From: an uncultured Acidobacteriota bacterium
Lineage (GTDB): Bacteria; Acidobacteriota; Thermoanaerobaculia; Multivoradales; UBA5704
DNA length: 64,000 nt
Assembly: GCA_963770895.1 (NCBI GenBank)
Contig: CAVYRF010000001.1
Location: 2,016,001 to 2,080,000, forward strand
Direction of reading: 5' to 3'
Below the pieces are notes generated by a model, which searched no databases, was not told the origin of the DNA, and was given only the letters and a program-made list of their open reading frames with translations. Shown here piece after piece: positions 36,344-46,949 of this stretch; position 1 is the stretch's first letter; every line of letters starts with the position of its first letter. The position numbers were made by a program, and so were the translations under genes.

Positions 36344-38163
36344 CGCACCTCTCCCACGGCAAGAGTCTGCGCCGGTCTGCCGCCGCCGGCGCCGCCGCCG
36401 CCCCTGGCGCTCCCAGCCCCTCCGACCACCCCGGCGACCCCGGTAACCCCGGTGCTCATCGCGCCGTCAAGGCGCAGTGCAGCCAGGCGCGCGCCCGCGG
36501 CAGCCCGCGGCGAGCCGGCCGGCGGGAGCGCCATTGCGGCGGCCGCAGCCACCGCGGGCGTCGTCGGCAGGGGGGCATGCAGGCTGGGCAGCGTGCGCAG
36601 GCTGGCGGCGCGCACTTCTGGCCCGCTCAGCCGGTTCCGGTAGTCGGTCAGCGTCGCCGCCAGCGCCTGCTCGCTCGGCTTGAGGAAGGTGGCGGGGGCG
36701 ACGCCGATCCACAGCATCAGGATGCACAGCGGCAGCAGCGCCACGATCTCGCGCCCGGACAGGTCGGAGAGCGTGCGATTTTCGTCCTTGGTGAGCGGCC
36801 CCCAGACCAGGCTGCCGATGAGCTTGAGCAGGTAGATCGCCGCCAGCACGACGCCGAAGGTGGCGACCGCCGCCGGCCAGCCCAGCGCGCGGTAGCTGCC
36901 GGCCAGGATGAGGAATTCGCCGACGAAGCCGTTGAGCGCCGGCAGGCCCACCGACGCCAGCGACGAAAAGATCAGGAAGAAGGCAAACAGCGGCATCACC
37001 TTGGCCAGGCCGCCGAACTGGTCGAACGCCTTGGTGTGACGGCGGTCGTAGATCATGCCCACCAGCAGGAAGAGCGCGCCGGTCGACAGCCCATGGTTGA
37101 CCATCTGCAACAGCGCCCCCTGCCAGGCGATCATGTCGGCGGCCAGCAGCCCCAGCATGACGAAGCCCAGGTGGGCGATGGAGGAGTAGGCGACCAGCTT
37201 CTTGGCGTCGGCCTGCACCCACGACACCATCGCGCCGTACAGGATGCCCACCAGGGCGAACCCCAGCAGCAGCGGCGTCGCGGTGTGGCTGGCGCGCGGA
37301 AACAGCGGCATGGCGAAGCGCAGGTAGCCGTAGGTGCCCAGCTTGAGCAGGATGCCGGCGAGCAGCACCGAGCCGCCGGTCGGCGCCTCCACGTGGGCGT
37401 CCGGCAGCCAGGTATGGAACGGGAACATCGGCACCTTGATCAGGAACGCCAGGGCGAACGCCCCGAACAGCCACAGCTGGGCGTGCGCCGGCAGATCCAG
37501 GCGCAGCATGTCGGTGTAGGCGAAGCTCCAGACGCCGCCGCTCGCCGTCTTGTAGGTCCAGGCCAGCCACAGGATGGCGACCAGCATCAGCAGGCTGCCC
37601 GCCATGGTGAACAGGAAGAACTTGATCGCCGCGTAGATGCGCCGCTCGCCGCCCCAGATGCCGATGAGCAGGTACATCGGCACCAGCATCACTTCCCAGA
37701 AGACGTAGAACAGGAACAGGTCGAACGCCAGGAGCGTCCCCAGCACCCCCGTCGTCATCAGCAGGAGCGATGCGGCATAGGCGCCCCAGTGGCGATCGAT
37801 GCCGCGCCACGAACCGAGCACCACGATCGGCACCAGCAGCACCGCCAGCAGCACCAGCGGCATCGAGATGCCGTCCATGCGCAGGTCGTAGCGGATGCCG
37901 TAGCCGGCGATCCAGCTGCAGCGCGGATCGGCGAGGACCGCGAAGCTTCCTCCCGCCGCCAGCCGCCCGCCCACCAGCGCCACGGCCAGGGCCACCTCGA
38001 TCAGCGAGACGACCAGGGTATAGATCTTGACCACGCGCCAGGAGTCCGTCCCCGGCGCCGCGCTGCCGCGGCCCAGGAACAGCAGCGGGATGCAGGCGAC
38101 GGCGGGGAAGAACACCAGCCGGGTCAGCGTGTTGCCGAGCAGGAGATCGAGCATCGTTTGCAT
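36340..38163 (-). CDS. nuoM: NADH-quinone oxidoreductase subunit M (low-complexity C-terminal extension)
   Basis: FYVFWEVMLVPMY, KVPMFPFHTWLPDAHVEAPT, KKLVAYSS. Confidence 0.95.
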   Translation of the reverse strand: MQTMLDLLLGNTLTRLVFFPAVACIPLLFLGRGSAAPGTDSWRVVKIYTLVVSLIEVALAVALVGGRLAAGGSFAVLADPRCSWIAGYGIRYDLRMDGISMPLVLLAVLLVPIVVLGSWRGIDRHWGAYAASLLLMTTGVLGTLLAFDLFLFYVFWEVMLVPMYLLIGIWGGERRIYAAIKFFLFTMAGSLLMLVAILWLAWTYKTASGGVWSFAYTDMLRLDLPAHAQLWLFGAFALAFLIKVPMFPFHTWLPDAHVEAPTGGSVLLAGILLKLGTYGYLRFAMPLFPRASHTATPLLLGFALVGILYGAMVSWVQADAKKLVAYSSIAHLGFVMLGLLAADMIAWQGALLQMVNHGLSTGALFLLVGMIYDRRHTKAFDQFGGLAKVMPLFAFFLIFSSLASVGLPALNGFVGEFLILAGSYRALGWPAAVATFGVVLAAIYLLKLIGSLVWGPLTKDENRTLSDLSGREIVALLPLCILMLWIGVAPATFLKPSEQALAATLTDYRNRLSGPEVRAASLRTLPSLHAPLPTTPAVAAAAAMALPPAGSPRAAAGARLAALRLDGAMSTGVTGVAGVVGGAGSARGGGGAGGGRPAQTLAVGEVR

Positions 38164-38209
38164 GGCGCGTGGGTGGTCCTTGCGGAAAGTGGCGCTGGCG
38201 TGCCGAAAG

Positions 38210-40195
38210 CTAGCGCACGATCCACCAGAAGAGCACGATCACTCCGACGAAGAAGTAGAGCGCGTAGTTGCGGACGTTGCCGGTGGTCGACAGGCTGCCC
38301 AGGTCGCCGCTGGCGCGCGTCACCGCGGCGCCGGCGCGCACCGAGCCGTCGATGACCAGGGCGTCGACGACGCGATAGAACACCCACGACAGGCCGTACA
38401 GCGGCTTGACCACCAGGGCGTCGTAGATCTCGTCGACGTACCACTTGTTGGCGAGCAGCCGGTGGAGCGTCGGGAACCGCGCTTCGAAGCGGGCTCCCCG
38501 CTCGAAACCATTGGCGCCGCCGTCGCCGCCGTAGATCGACCGGGCCAGCAGGATGCCGCCGACGGCCAGGCCGACCGACAGCAGGATCAGCACCAGGTCG
38601 GTCGCCATGCCCATCTCGGGCTCGGCGGCGGTCACCGCCTCGCCGACGCGCGCCACGATCGGCGCCAGGAACTGGTGGAACCAGTCGGTGCCGCGCAGCA
38701 GCGGCAGCTCCACCCAGCCCGACACCACGGCGCCGACCGCCAGGATGACCAAAGGCACGGTCATCACCGGCGGCGATTCGTGCAGGTGGTGCTCCTGCTC
38801 GTGGGTGCCGCGGAAGGTGCCGTTGAAGGTCAGGTTGACGGCGCGGAACATGTAGAACGCCGTCAGGCCGGCGGTGATCCAGCCCACCCCCCAGAACAGC
38901 CAGTGCAGCGGCATGCCCGAGGCCGCCGCCGACGCCAGGATCTCGTCCTTGCTGAAGAAGCCGGCGAACACCGGGATGCCGGCCAGCGCCAGCGAACCGA
39001 TCACGAACGTGCGATAGGTGATCGGCATGTGTTTCTTGAGGCCGCCCATCTTCTGCATGTCCTGCTCGCCGCCCATGGCATGGATCACCGACCCGGACCC
39101 CAGGAAGAGCAGCGCCTTGAAGAAGGCGTGGGTCATGACGTGGAAGAGCGCCGCCGAAAAGGCGCCGACGCCCACCGCCAGGAACATGTAGCCCAGCTGC
39201 GACACCGTCGAGTAGGCGAGCACCTTCTTGATGTCGTTCTGCGCCATGCCGATGGTGGCGGCGAGCAGCGCCGTGGCGGTGCCGATGATCGCCACGAACA
39301 GCGACACGCCGGGCGCCAGCTGGAAGATGACGTTGGCGCGCACCGCCATGTAGACGCCGGCGGTGACCATCGTCGCGGCATGGATCAGCGCCGACACCGG
39401 CGTCGGGCCGGCCATCGCGTCAGGCAGCCAGACGTAGAGCGGGATCTGGGCGCTCTTGCCCATCGCCCCGACGAAGAAGCAGATGGCGACGAAGGCGGCG
39501 AACGACAGGCCGCCGGCGTAGGCCGCCGTGCCGATCGCGGGATCCGCCGCCAGGCGCGGGAAGATGCCGCTGAAGTCGAGCGTGCCGAAGCGCGAGATCA
39601 GCGCGAACATGCCGATGAGAAAGGCGAAGTCGCCCACCCGGTTGACGATGAACGCCTTCTTGCCGGCGTAGGGCGGGAACTCCTGGTCGTAATAGAAACC
39701 GATCAGCAGGTAGGAGCACAGCCCCACCCCTTCCCAGCCGACGAACATGACCAGGAAGTTGTTGCCCAGAACCAGCGTCAGCATCGCCGACATGAACAGG
39801 TTGAGGTAGCAGAAAAAGCGCGCGTAGCCTTCGTCGTGGCTCATGTAGCCGACGGAGTAGACGTGGATCAGGAAGCCGACGAAGGTGACGATTCCCAGCA
39901 TGACAGCCGACAGCGGATCGAGCAGGAACGCGACGTTGATCGCCAGGCCGCCGCCCCCCTGCGCCGCCGCGGTCGTCCACGCGTAGGCGATCTTTTCGAC
40001 CGCGTGCGGATACAGACCGCCGCCCAGGTACTGCCACAGGCAGGCCGCGGTGACCAGGAGCGATCCCAGCGGCGCGCCCAGCGCGATCGCCGTGATCAGC
40101 GTCCTGGGCTGCCCGCGCCGCGCCAGCAGGCCGTTGATCGCGGCGCCGGCGAAGGGCAGGAAGGGGATGAGCCAGAGATAGTCGAGTGCTTGCAT
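38210..40195 (-). CDS. nuoL: NADH-quinone oxidoreductase subunit L
   Basis: GWEGVGLCSYLLIGF, GKSAQIPLYVWLPDAMAGPTPVSALIHAATMV. Confidence 0.96.
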   Translation of the reverse strand: MQALDYLWLIPFLPFAGAAINGLLARRGQPRTLITAIALGAPLGSLLVTAACLWQYLGGGLYPHAVEKIAYAWTTAAAQGGGGLAINVAFLLDPLSAVMLGIVTFVGFLIHVYSVGYMSHDEGYARFFCYLNLFMSAMLTLVLGNNFLVMFVGWEGVGLCSYLLIGFYYDQEFPPYAGKKAFIVNRVGDFAFLIGMFALISRFGTLDFSGIFPRLAADPAIGTAAYAGGLSFAAFVAICFFVGAMGKSAQIPLYVWLPDAMAGPTPVSALIHAATMVTAGVYMAVRANVIFQLAPGVSLFVAIIGTATALLAATIGMAQNDIKKVLAYSTVSQLGYMFLAVGVGAFSAALFHVMTHAFFKALLFLGSGSVIHAMGGEQDMQKMGGLKKHMPITYRTFVIGSLALAGIPVFAGFFSKDEILASAAASGMPLHWLFWGVGWITAGLTAFYMFRAVNLTFNGTFRGTHEQEHHLHESPPVMTVPLVILAVGAVVSGWVELPLLRGTDWFHQFLAPIVARVGEAVTAAEPEMGMATDLVLILLSVGLAVGGILLARSIYGGDGGANGFERGARFEARFPTLHRLLANKWYVDEIYDALVVKPLYGLSWVFYRVVDALVIDGSVRAGAAVTRASGDLGSLSTTGNVRNYALYFFVGVIVLFWWIVR

Positions 40196-40214
40196 GGTGG
40201 TCGGCGTCCAGGCG

Positions 40215-40544
40215 TCAGTGGCGCATCAAGTTGATGCGGTTGATGTCGATGGTGCGCCGCTGGCGGTAGACGGCGATGAAGAGCGCCAGGCCCACCGCGG
40301 CTTCGGCGGCGGCGACGGCCATGACGAAGAACACCAGGATCTGGCCGGTGCGCTGGTCGAGCTGCCGCGAGTAGGCGACGAGCGTCAGGTTGGCGGCGTT
40401 CAACATCAGCTCGATCGACAAAAAGATGCTGATGCCGTTGCGCCGGGTGAGCGCTCCGACGGTGCCGATGCCGAACAGGATCACGGCCAGCAGCAGGTAC
40501 CAGCTGACCGGCACCGGCATGAACAGCGGGCTGATCGGGCTCAT
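40215..40544 (-). CDS. nuoK: NADH-quinone oxidoreductase subunit K
   Basis: IELMLNAANL, VAAAEAAVGLA. Confidence 0.95.
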   Translation of the reverse strand: MSPISPLFMPVPVSWYLLLAVILFGIGTVGALTRRNGISIFLSIELMLNAANLTLVAYSRQLDQRTGQILVFFVMAVAAAEAAVGLALFIAVYRQRRTIDINRINLMRH

Positions 40545-41236
40545 CGCGCGTCTCCCCTGGTGGCGCCGGTGGCGCCGGTTGCGCCCGTGGCGCCGCCGGC
40601 GACAAGGCCGCCGCGGACCATCGCCGGCGTCGCTCCACCCGCCGCCCGCTCGTCGTCTTCAGCCCAGGCGGCATGCGTCGCCGCGGCCTCTTCGGAGCTG
40701 GTCGCGTGCGGCGGGCCGGCGGCGGCGACCTCTTCGGTGGTGGCGCGGCGCGCCACCACGGTGGCGCCAATGACCGCGACCAGCAGCAGCAGGCCGACGA
40801 TCTCGAACGGCAGCAGGTAGGAAGCGAACATCTCCTGCGCCAGGCCGGCCAGCGACACCAGCTCTTCGGTGAGCGGCGGCGGCTTCACGCCGGCGCCCAG
40901 CCCCTGCCGCAGCAGCAGCACCAGCATGCCGGAAAACACCAGGGCGCCGACGATCGCCGTCACCAGCTGCATGCGATGGCCGCCCGGCAGCCCTTCCTCG
41001 CGGCCGACGTTGAGCAGCATGATGACGAACAGGAAGAGCACCAGGATCGCGCCGGCATAGATCAGCAGCTGCAGGGTGGCGATGAACGGCGCGCCCAGCA
41101 GGACGAACAGCACCGCCACCGAAAACAGCGTCAGCACCAGGCTGAGCGTCGAATAGATCGGGCTGTGGTGAGCGATCACCACCAGCGACGAGCCGATCGC
41201 CAGCAGCGCGAACAGGCCGAAGATCGCCATTTCCAT
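40541..41236 (-). CDS. nuoJ: NADH-quinone oxidoreductase subunit J
   Basis: QLLIYAGAILVLFLFVIMLL, YLLPFEIVGLLLLVAVIGA; start set at ATG 41236 after GGGAG. Confidence 0.93.
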   Translation of the reverse strand: MEMAIFGLFALLAIGSSLVVIAHHSPIYSTLSLVLTLFSVAVLFVLLGAPFIATLQLLIYAGAILVLFLFVIMLLNVGREEGLPGGHRMQLVTAIVGALVFSGMLVLLLRQGLGAGVKPPPLTEELVSLAGLAQEMFASYLLPFEIVGLLLLVAVIGATVVARRATTEEVAAAGPPHATSSEEAAATHAAWAEDDERAAGGATPAMVRGGLVAGGATGATGATGATRGDAR

Positions 41237-41285
41237 AGCTAGTGCATTCTCCCGTGTCCCCCGCGTGGTGCGCACCGCGGCACGC

Positions 41286-42305
41286 CTAAAGGACGCCCGC
41301 CAGCGTCAGCACGGCCATCAGCAGCAGGTTGAAGATCGCGAGCGGCAACAGCACTTTCCATCCCAGCCGCATGAGCTGGTCGTAGCGGAAGCGCGGGAAC
41401 GTCCAGCGCACCCAGACGAAGAAGGCGAGGAAGGCGCCGACCTTGGCGAACAGCACGGCGATGCCGACGGCGGCGCCGACGAAACCGTTCAGATCCAGCC
41501 ACGGCAGCCGCCAGCCGCCGAAGTAGAGCGTCACGCCGAGCGCCGACAGCGACGTCATGGCGATGTATTCCGACATGAAAAACGTCGCGAAGCGCATGGC
41601 GCTGTATTCGGTGTGGAACCCCGCCACCAGTTCCGACTCCGCTTCCGGCAGGTCGAACGGCAGGCGGTTGGTTTCGGCGAAGGCGGCGATCAGGAACACC
41701 AGGAAGCCCAGGATCTGCGGCACGAAGTTCCACACGTGGTGGCGCTGGTATTCGACGATGTCCGACAGCTGAAACGAGCCGACCGGCAGGATCACGGCGA
41801 GCACCGCCAGCGTCAGCGCCAGCTCGTAGCTGATCAGCTGCGACGAGGCGCGGATCGAACCGAGCAGCGAATATTTGTTGTTGGAGGCGTAGCCCGCCAT
41901 CACCAGCGAGTAGACGCCCAGGCTGGCCAGGGCCAGGAACAGCAGCACGCCGGTCTGCGCCGGCGCGATCACCATCTGGAACAGGCGCCCGCGGTACACC
42001 ACGTCGGGGCCGAAGGGGACGACGCAGAAGGTGGCGAGCGCCGGCAGCAGGCCCAGCACCGGCGCCATCAGGTAGAGCGGGCGATCCACCGAGGACGGCG
42101 TGACGTCCTCTTTGAACATGAACTTGACGGCGTCCGCCAGCGCCTGAAACAGGCCCAGCGGCCCCAGGCGATTGGGTCCTGGGCGGTCCTGCATCAGCGC
42201 GCTGCCGCGCCGTTCGACCCACACCATGACCGGCACGACGTTGAGCAGGATGCCCAGCGCCACCGCCAGCTTGACCGCCGTCCCGATCAGATCGGCCACC
42301 ATCAC
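41286..42305 (-). CDS. nuoH: NADH-quinone oxidoreductase subunit H
   Basis: QDRPGPNR, AETNRLPFDLPEAESELVAG, RFRYDQLM. Confidence 0.96.
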   Translation of the reverse strand: MMVADLIGTAVKLAVALGILLNVVPVMVWVERRGSALMQDRPGPNRLGPLGLFQALADAVKFMFKEDVTPSSVDRPLYLMAPVLGLLPALATFCVVPFGPDVVYRGRLFQMVIAPAQTGVLLFLALASLGVYSLVMAGYASNNKYSLLGSIRASSQLISYELALTLAVLAVILPVGSFQLSDIVEYQRHHVWNFVPQILGFLVFLIAAFAETNRLPFDLPEAESELVAGFHTEYSAMRFATFFMSEYIAMTSLSALGVTLYFGGWRLPWLDLNGFVGAAVGIAVLFAKVGAFLAFFVWVRWTFPRFRYDQLMRLGWKVLLPLAIFNLLLMAVLTLAGVL

Positions 42306-42357
42306 GCGAGTCCCCCGTTGCCCTTTCCGTCGATCCCGGCCGCGAACGCGAAGCCGC

Positions 42358-44052
42358 TCAGATGCCCGCCGCCGTGTCTTCCGGCCCGCTCACCTGCGGC
42401 TCCTTCCAGGCGCGCGCCGCGTCCAGGTCCAGCTGCGCGCCGGTCGCCGCCAGGTGCTGCCAGGTGAGGCCGCGGAACGCCGGGATTTCCCCCGCCAGCA
42501 GATCGAAGACCGCCGGCTCGGAGAGGTTGGCCCAGCTGGTGTCGTAGCGCGCCAGCAGCTCGCACAGCACGTCGGCCGCCGGGCGCGCCTGGCCGGTCGG
42601 CGGGAAGGCGCGCTCGAAGCGCTGCACGCGCCATTCGACGTTGACGAAGGTGCCCGCCTTTTCGGCGTGGGTCGCGGTCGGTATCGCCACGTCGGCCGCC
42701 TGCGCCAGCGGCGAGTCGGCCCAACCGAAGACGATCAGCACGCGCGCCCGGCGCAGCCGCTCGACCGTCGCCGGATCCCAGGCGCCGCGGCCGAAGTCGC
42801 TGTCGCAGACGACCAGCACCGAACAGAGCGCCGCGGCGTCGCCGTCGAGCAGCGCCGCCGCGTCCAGGCTGGCGCCGCCGGTGCCCGAGGCGCCGTCCAC
42901 CTTGCCGGCGGCCAGGCCGGCGAGTTCCGCGCCGCGCCGGTTGGGCGCCGCCTCGCGGCCGTCGATGCCGCCCTGCAGGTTGGGGATGTGCCGCTCGCGG
43001 CCGATGTCCACGGCCACCGACCGGTGCGGCGTGCCGGCCACGTCGGCCAGCTGCGCAAAGAGATACGCCTCTTCGGTGGTGAGGAATCCCGAGCCCAGCA
43101 TCGCCACGGCGCCGTCCGAGCTCTTGCTGCGCAGGTGGCGCGCCACGACGTCCAGCGCTTCCTTCCACGACACCGCCTCCGCGGTCGCGGCGCCGTCGCG
43201 GCGCAGGCGCGGCGAGGCAAGGCGCGGCACCGTGCGGTAGCGCTCGTGCGAGGCGCGCCCGTCGTCGCACATCCAGTAGTCGTTGACGTCGGGGTTGAAG
43301 CGCGGCTTGTAGCGCTTGATCGCGCCGTGACGGTGCTCGATCGTGATGTTGCAGCCGACCTCGCAGCCGGTGCACAGCGACGGCGCCTTGGCCAGGTAGA
43401 AGACGCGCTCGGCGAAGCGGAAGCGGGTGGAGGTCAGGGCGCCCACCGGGCAGATGTCGACGACGCAGGTCGCCAGCTGGTTGTCCAGCTGCTTGCCCGG
43501 AAAGGTGCCGATCTCGGTGCGCGCGCCGCGGTTGAAGAAGCCCAGCTCGGCGGTGCCGGCGACCTCTTCGGTGAAGCGGATGCAGCGCGTGCACTGGATG
43601 CAGCGGTTCATGTTGAGCATGACGTTGCCGCCCAGCGGGATGCGCTCGCGCCCCGGATAGGTGCGCTTGTCTTCGAACTGGAAGCGCGAAAACGACACGC
43701 CGTGCTTGAAGGCGTAGTCCTGCAGGCCGCATTCGCCCGCCTGGTCGCAGATCGGGCAGTCGAGCGGGTGGTTGATCAGCAGGAACTCCATCATCCCCTT
43801 TTGCGCTTCGCGCACTTCGGGGATGTTGGTGTGCACCACCATGCCGTCCTTGGTGACCGGCGTCGAGCAGCCGGCCTGGAGCTTGCCCATGCCGTCGATC
43901 TTGACCAGACACATGCGGCACTGGCCGACGATCGACAGCCGCGGGTGGTAGCAGTAGTGCGGAATCTGCACGCCGACCTTGAAGGCGGCTTCGATGAGAT
44001 TGGTGCCGGCCGCGACTTCCACGGTGCGGTCGTCGATGGTGACTTTGGGCAC
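42358..44052 (-). CDS. nuoG: NADH-quinone oxidoreductase subunit G (short form)
   Basis: CYHP..GQCRMC, HPLDCPICDQAGEC, RCIQCTRC, CTGCEVGC...C Fe-S motifs. Confidence 0.93.
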   Translation of the reverse strand: MPKVTIDDRTVEVAAGTNLIEAAFKVGVQIPHYCYHPRLSIVGQCRMCLVKIDGMGKLQAGCSTPVTKDGMVVHTNIPEVREAQKGMMEFLLINHPLDCPICDQAGECGLQDYAFKHGVSFSRFQFEDKRTYPGRERIPLGGNVMLNMNRCIQCTRCIRFTEEVAGTAELGFFNRGARTEIGTFPGKQLDNQLATCVVDICPVGALTSTRFRFAERVFYLAKAPSLCTGCEVGCNITIEHRHGAIKRYKPRFNPDVNDYWMCDDGRASHERYRTVPRLASPRLRRDGAATAEAVSWKEALDVVARHLRSKSSDGAVAMLGSGFLTTEEAYLFAQLADVAGTPHRSVAVDIGRERHIPNLQGGIDGREAAPNRRGAELAGLAAGKVDGASGTGGASLDAAALLDGDAAALCSVLVVCDSDFGRGAWDPATVERLRRARVLIVFGWADSPLAQAADVAIPTATHAEKAGTFVNVEWRVQRFERAFPPTGQARPAADVLCELLARYDTSWANLSEPAVFDLLAGEIPAFRGLTWQHLAATGAQLDLDAARAWKEPQVSGPEDTAAGI

Positions 44053-44057
44053 GGTGA

Positions 44058-45349
<1,292 letters not shown>

Positions 45350-45350
<1 letters not shown>

Positions 45351-45970
45351 CAGGGCAGCTCCTCGACGATGCGGCGCACCGCGTCGGGGGTCAGGTTCTC
45401 GTGGTAGGTGTCGTCGATCATCATCATCGGCGCGGTGTCGCACGAGCCGAGGCATTCGAAATGGACGTAGGAGCAGCGGCCGTCCGGGGTGACTTCGTTC
45501 TCGCCGACGGCGAGCTGCCGGCGCAGCGTCTCCATGATCTCGTCGGAGCCGCGCAGCATGCACGGCAGGTTGGTGCACACGCGGATGCGGTGGCGCCCGA
45601 CCTGGTGCTGGTGCAGCAGGTCGTAAAACGTCACCACGCCGTAGACCTTGGCCGGCGGCAGCTCCAGCTCGCGCGCCACGGCGGCGATCGCGGCGTCGGG
45701 CAGCCAGCCGCCCCATTCGCGCTGGGCGATGTGCAGCGCCGGGATGAGCGCCGCTTCGCGGGTCGGGTAGCGCTTCAGCAGCTGCTGCACCTGGTCGCGC
45801 GCCGCCGGGCTCCAGTCTGCGGGCGCTGCGGGATCGGTGGCGCTGGCGGCGGGGGCGGTGGCGACCTGGGTGGGTGCCGCGGCGGGCGGACCGCCGGCCG
45901 GCGGCGAGCCTGCCTTTTCAGCCGGCGTCGTGGCGCGGGCCGTCGGGTCGACGGGAGTCGGATCGCTCAT
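45350..45970 (-). CDS. nuoE: NADH-quinone oxidoreductase subunit E
   Basis: VCTNLPC, ECLGSCDTAP 2Fe-2S ligands; Pro/Ala-rich N-terminal extension. Confidence 0.94.
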
Positions 45971-46419
45971 GCATGCCCCTTGAGCGGGCGGGCCGGCGTC
46001 GGTCGCCCGGCGAAGGTCAGCGAAGAGGGCCGGCGGCGCTGCTCGCGCAGCGGTCCCAGGTCCAGGCCGCCCTTGATCCAGATGTAGGCGTAGCCGACCA
46101 GGATCAGGAACACGAACACCATCACCGCGGCGAACAGCTCCCAGCCGCCCTGCTTGAGCACCAGCGCCCAGGGATACAGGAATGCGGCTTCCAGGTCGAA
46201 GACGATGAAGTCGATCGCCACCAGGAAGAAGACGATCGAGATGCGCTTGTGGGAGCGGTCGAGCAGCGGCATTCCGGACTCGTACGGGGTGCCCTTGATG
46301 CGGCCGCCGATCTGGTTGCCGCCGAGCTTCCCGACGAGATAGGAGAGCAGGAGGATCACGGTGCCGATGACGATCGCGATCCCGAGAGTCAGCAGGACAG
46401 GGTAGTATTGCTGAGGCAA
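45967..46419 (-). CDS. nuoA: NADH-quinone oxidoreductase subunit A
   Basis: KGTPYESG, FIVFDLEAAFLYPWA, YIWIKGGLD. Confidence 0.93.
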   Translation of the reverse strand: MPQQYYPVLLTLGIAIVIGTVILLLSYLVGKLGGNQIGGRIKGTPYESGMPLLDRSHKRISIVFFLVAIDFIVFDLEAAFLYPWALVLKQGGWELFAAVMVFVFLILVGYAYIWIKGGLDLGPLREQRRRPSSLTFAGRPTPARPLKGHA

Positions 46420-46585
46420 CGGGGCCTTTCCTCCGCTCGGCAGATCATTGGAATCCGCACTTGCCCTGGGCTAGTGCGGGCCGCCCGCGCAGTCGATCCG
46501 CGGCACCTTCGGGTGTCCCCCGGGTGCCCCGGAACCCCCGGCTGACAAACGGTCCGGGGCTGCTTCGGGGGCGCTTCTCTCGGGC

Positions 46586-46603
46586 TCGTGAAGAATGTCA
46601 CAA
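46586..46603. promoter_or_regulatory. Rex operator upstream of the nuo-rex operon
   Basis: TCGTGAAGAATGTCACAA versus consensus TTGTGAA-N4-TTCACAA (2 mismatches), ~170 nt upstream of nuoA. Confidence 0.8.
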
Positions 46604-46830
46604 GCTCCGTCGCGATGACAAGGCGGAAGGGTATCCTCTCCGCGGCCGGCCGCTCGCACAGAGGGAGCGGCCGGGGCGAGCGCCTGCGCGGGCAGGCAGG
46701 ATCGCAGCAGCGCGCCGGGTGACGGAGGATCACGGAGGAGCGGGCCAGGCATGCCGCCGCCCGCAGCCGGTTGGCTGACGGGACGACAGACTGGGAAGGG
46801 AAGGGGAAAAACTGGATCAGCAGGAAGCGT

Positions 46831-46917
46831 TGGTGCGAAAGGGGGGACTCGAACCCCCACGACCTTGCGGCCACAAGATCCTGAATCTTGCGCGTCTACC
46901 AATTCCGCCACTTTCGC
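46831..46917 (-). tRNA. tRNA-Leu (CAG)
   Basis: GCGAAAGTGGCGGAATTGGTAGACGCG CAAGA-TTCAGGA-TCTTG, long variable arm, GGTTCGAGTCC, encoded CCA. Confidence 0.97.
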
Positions 46918-46949
46918 GCGGCGGTGATTCTAGGGAGAGTTGAGCCAAG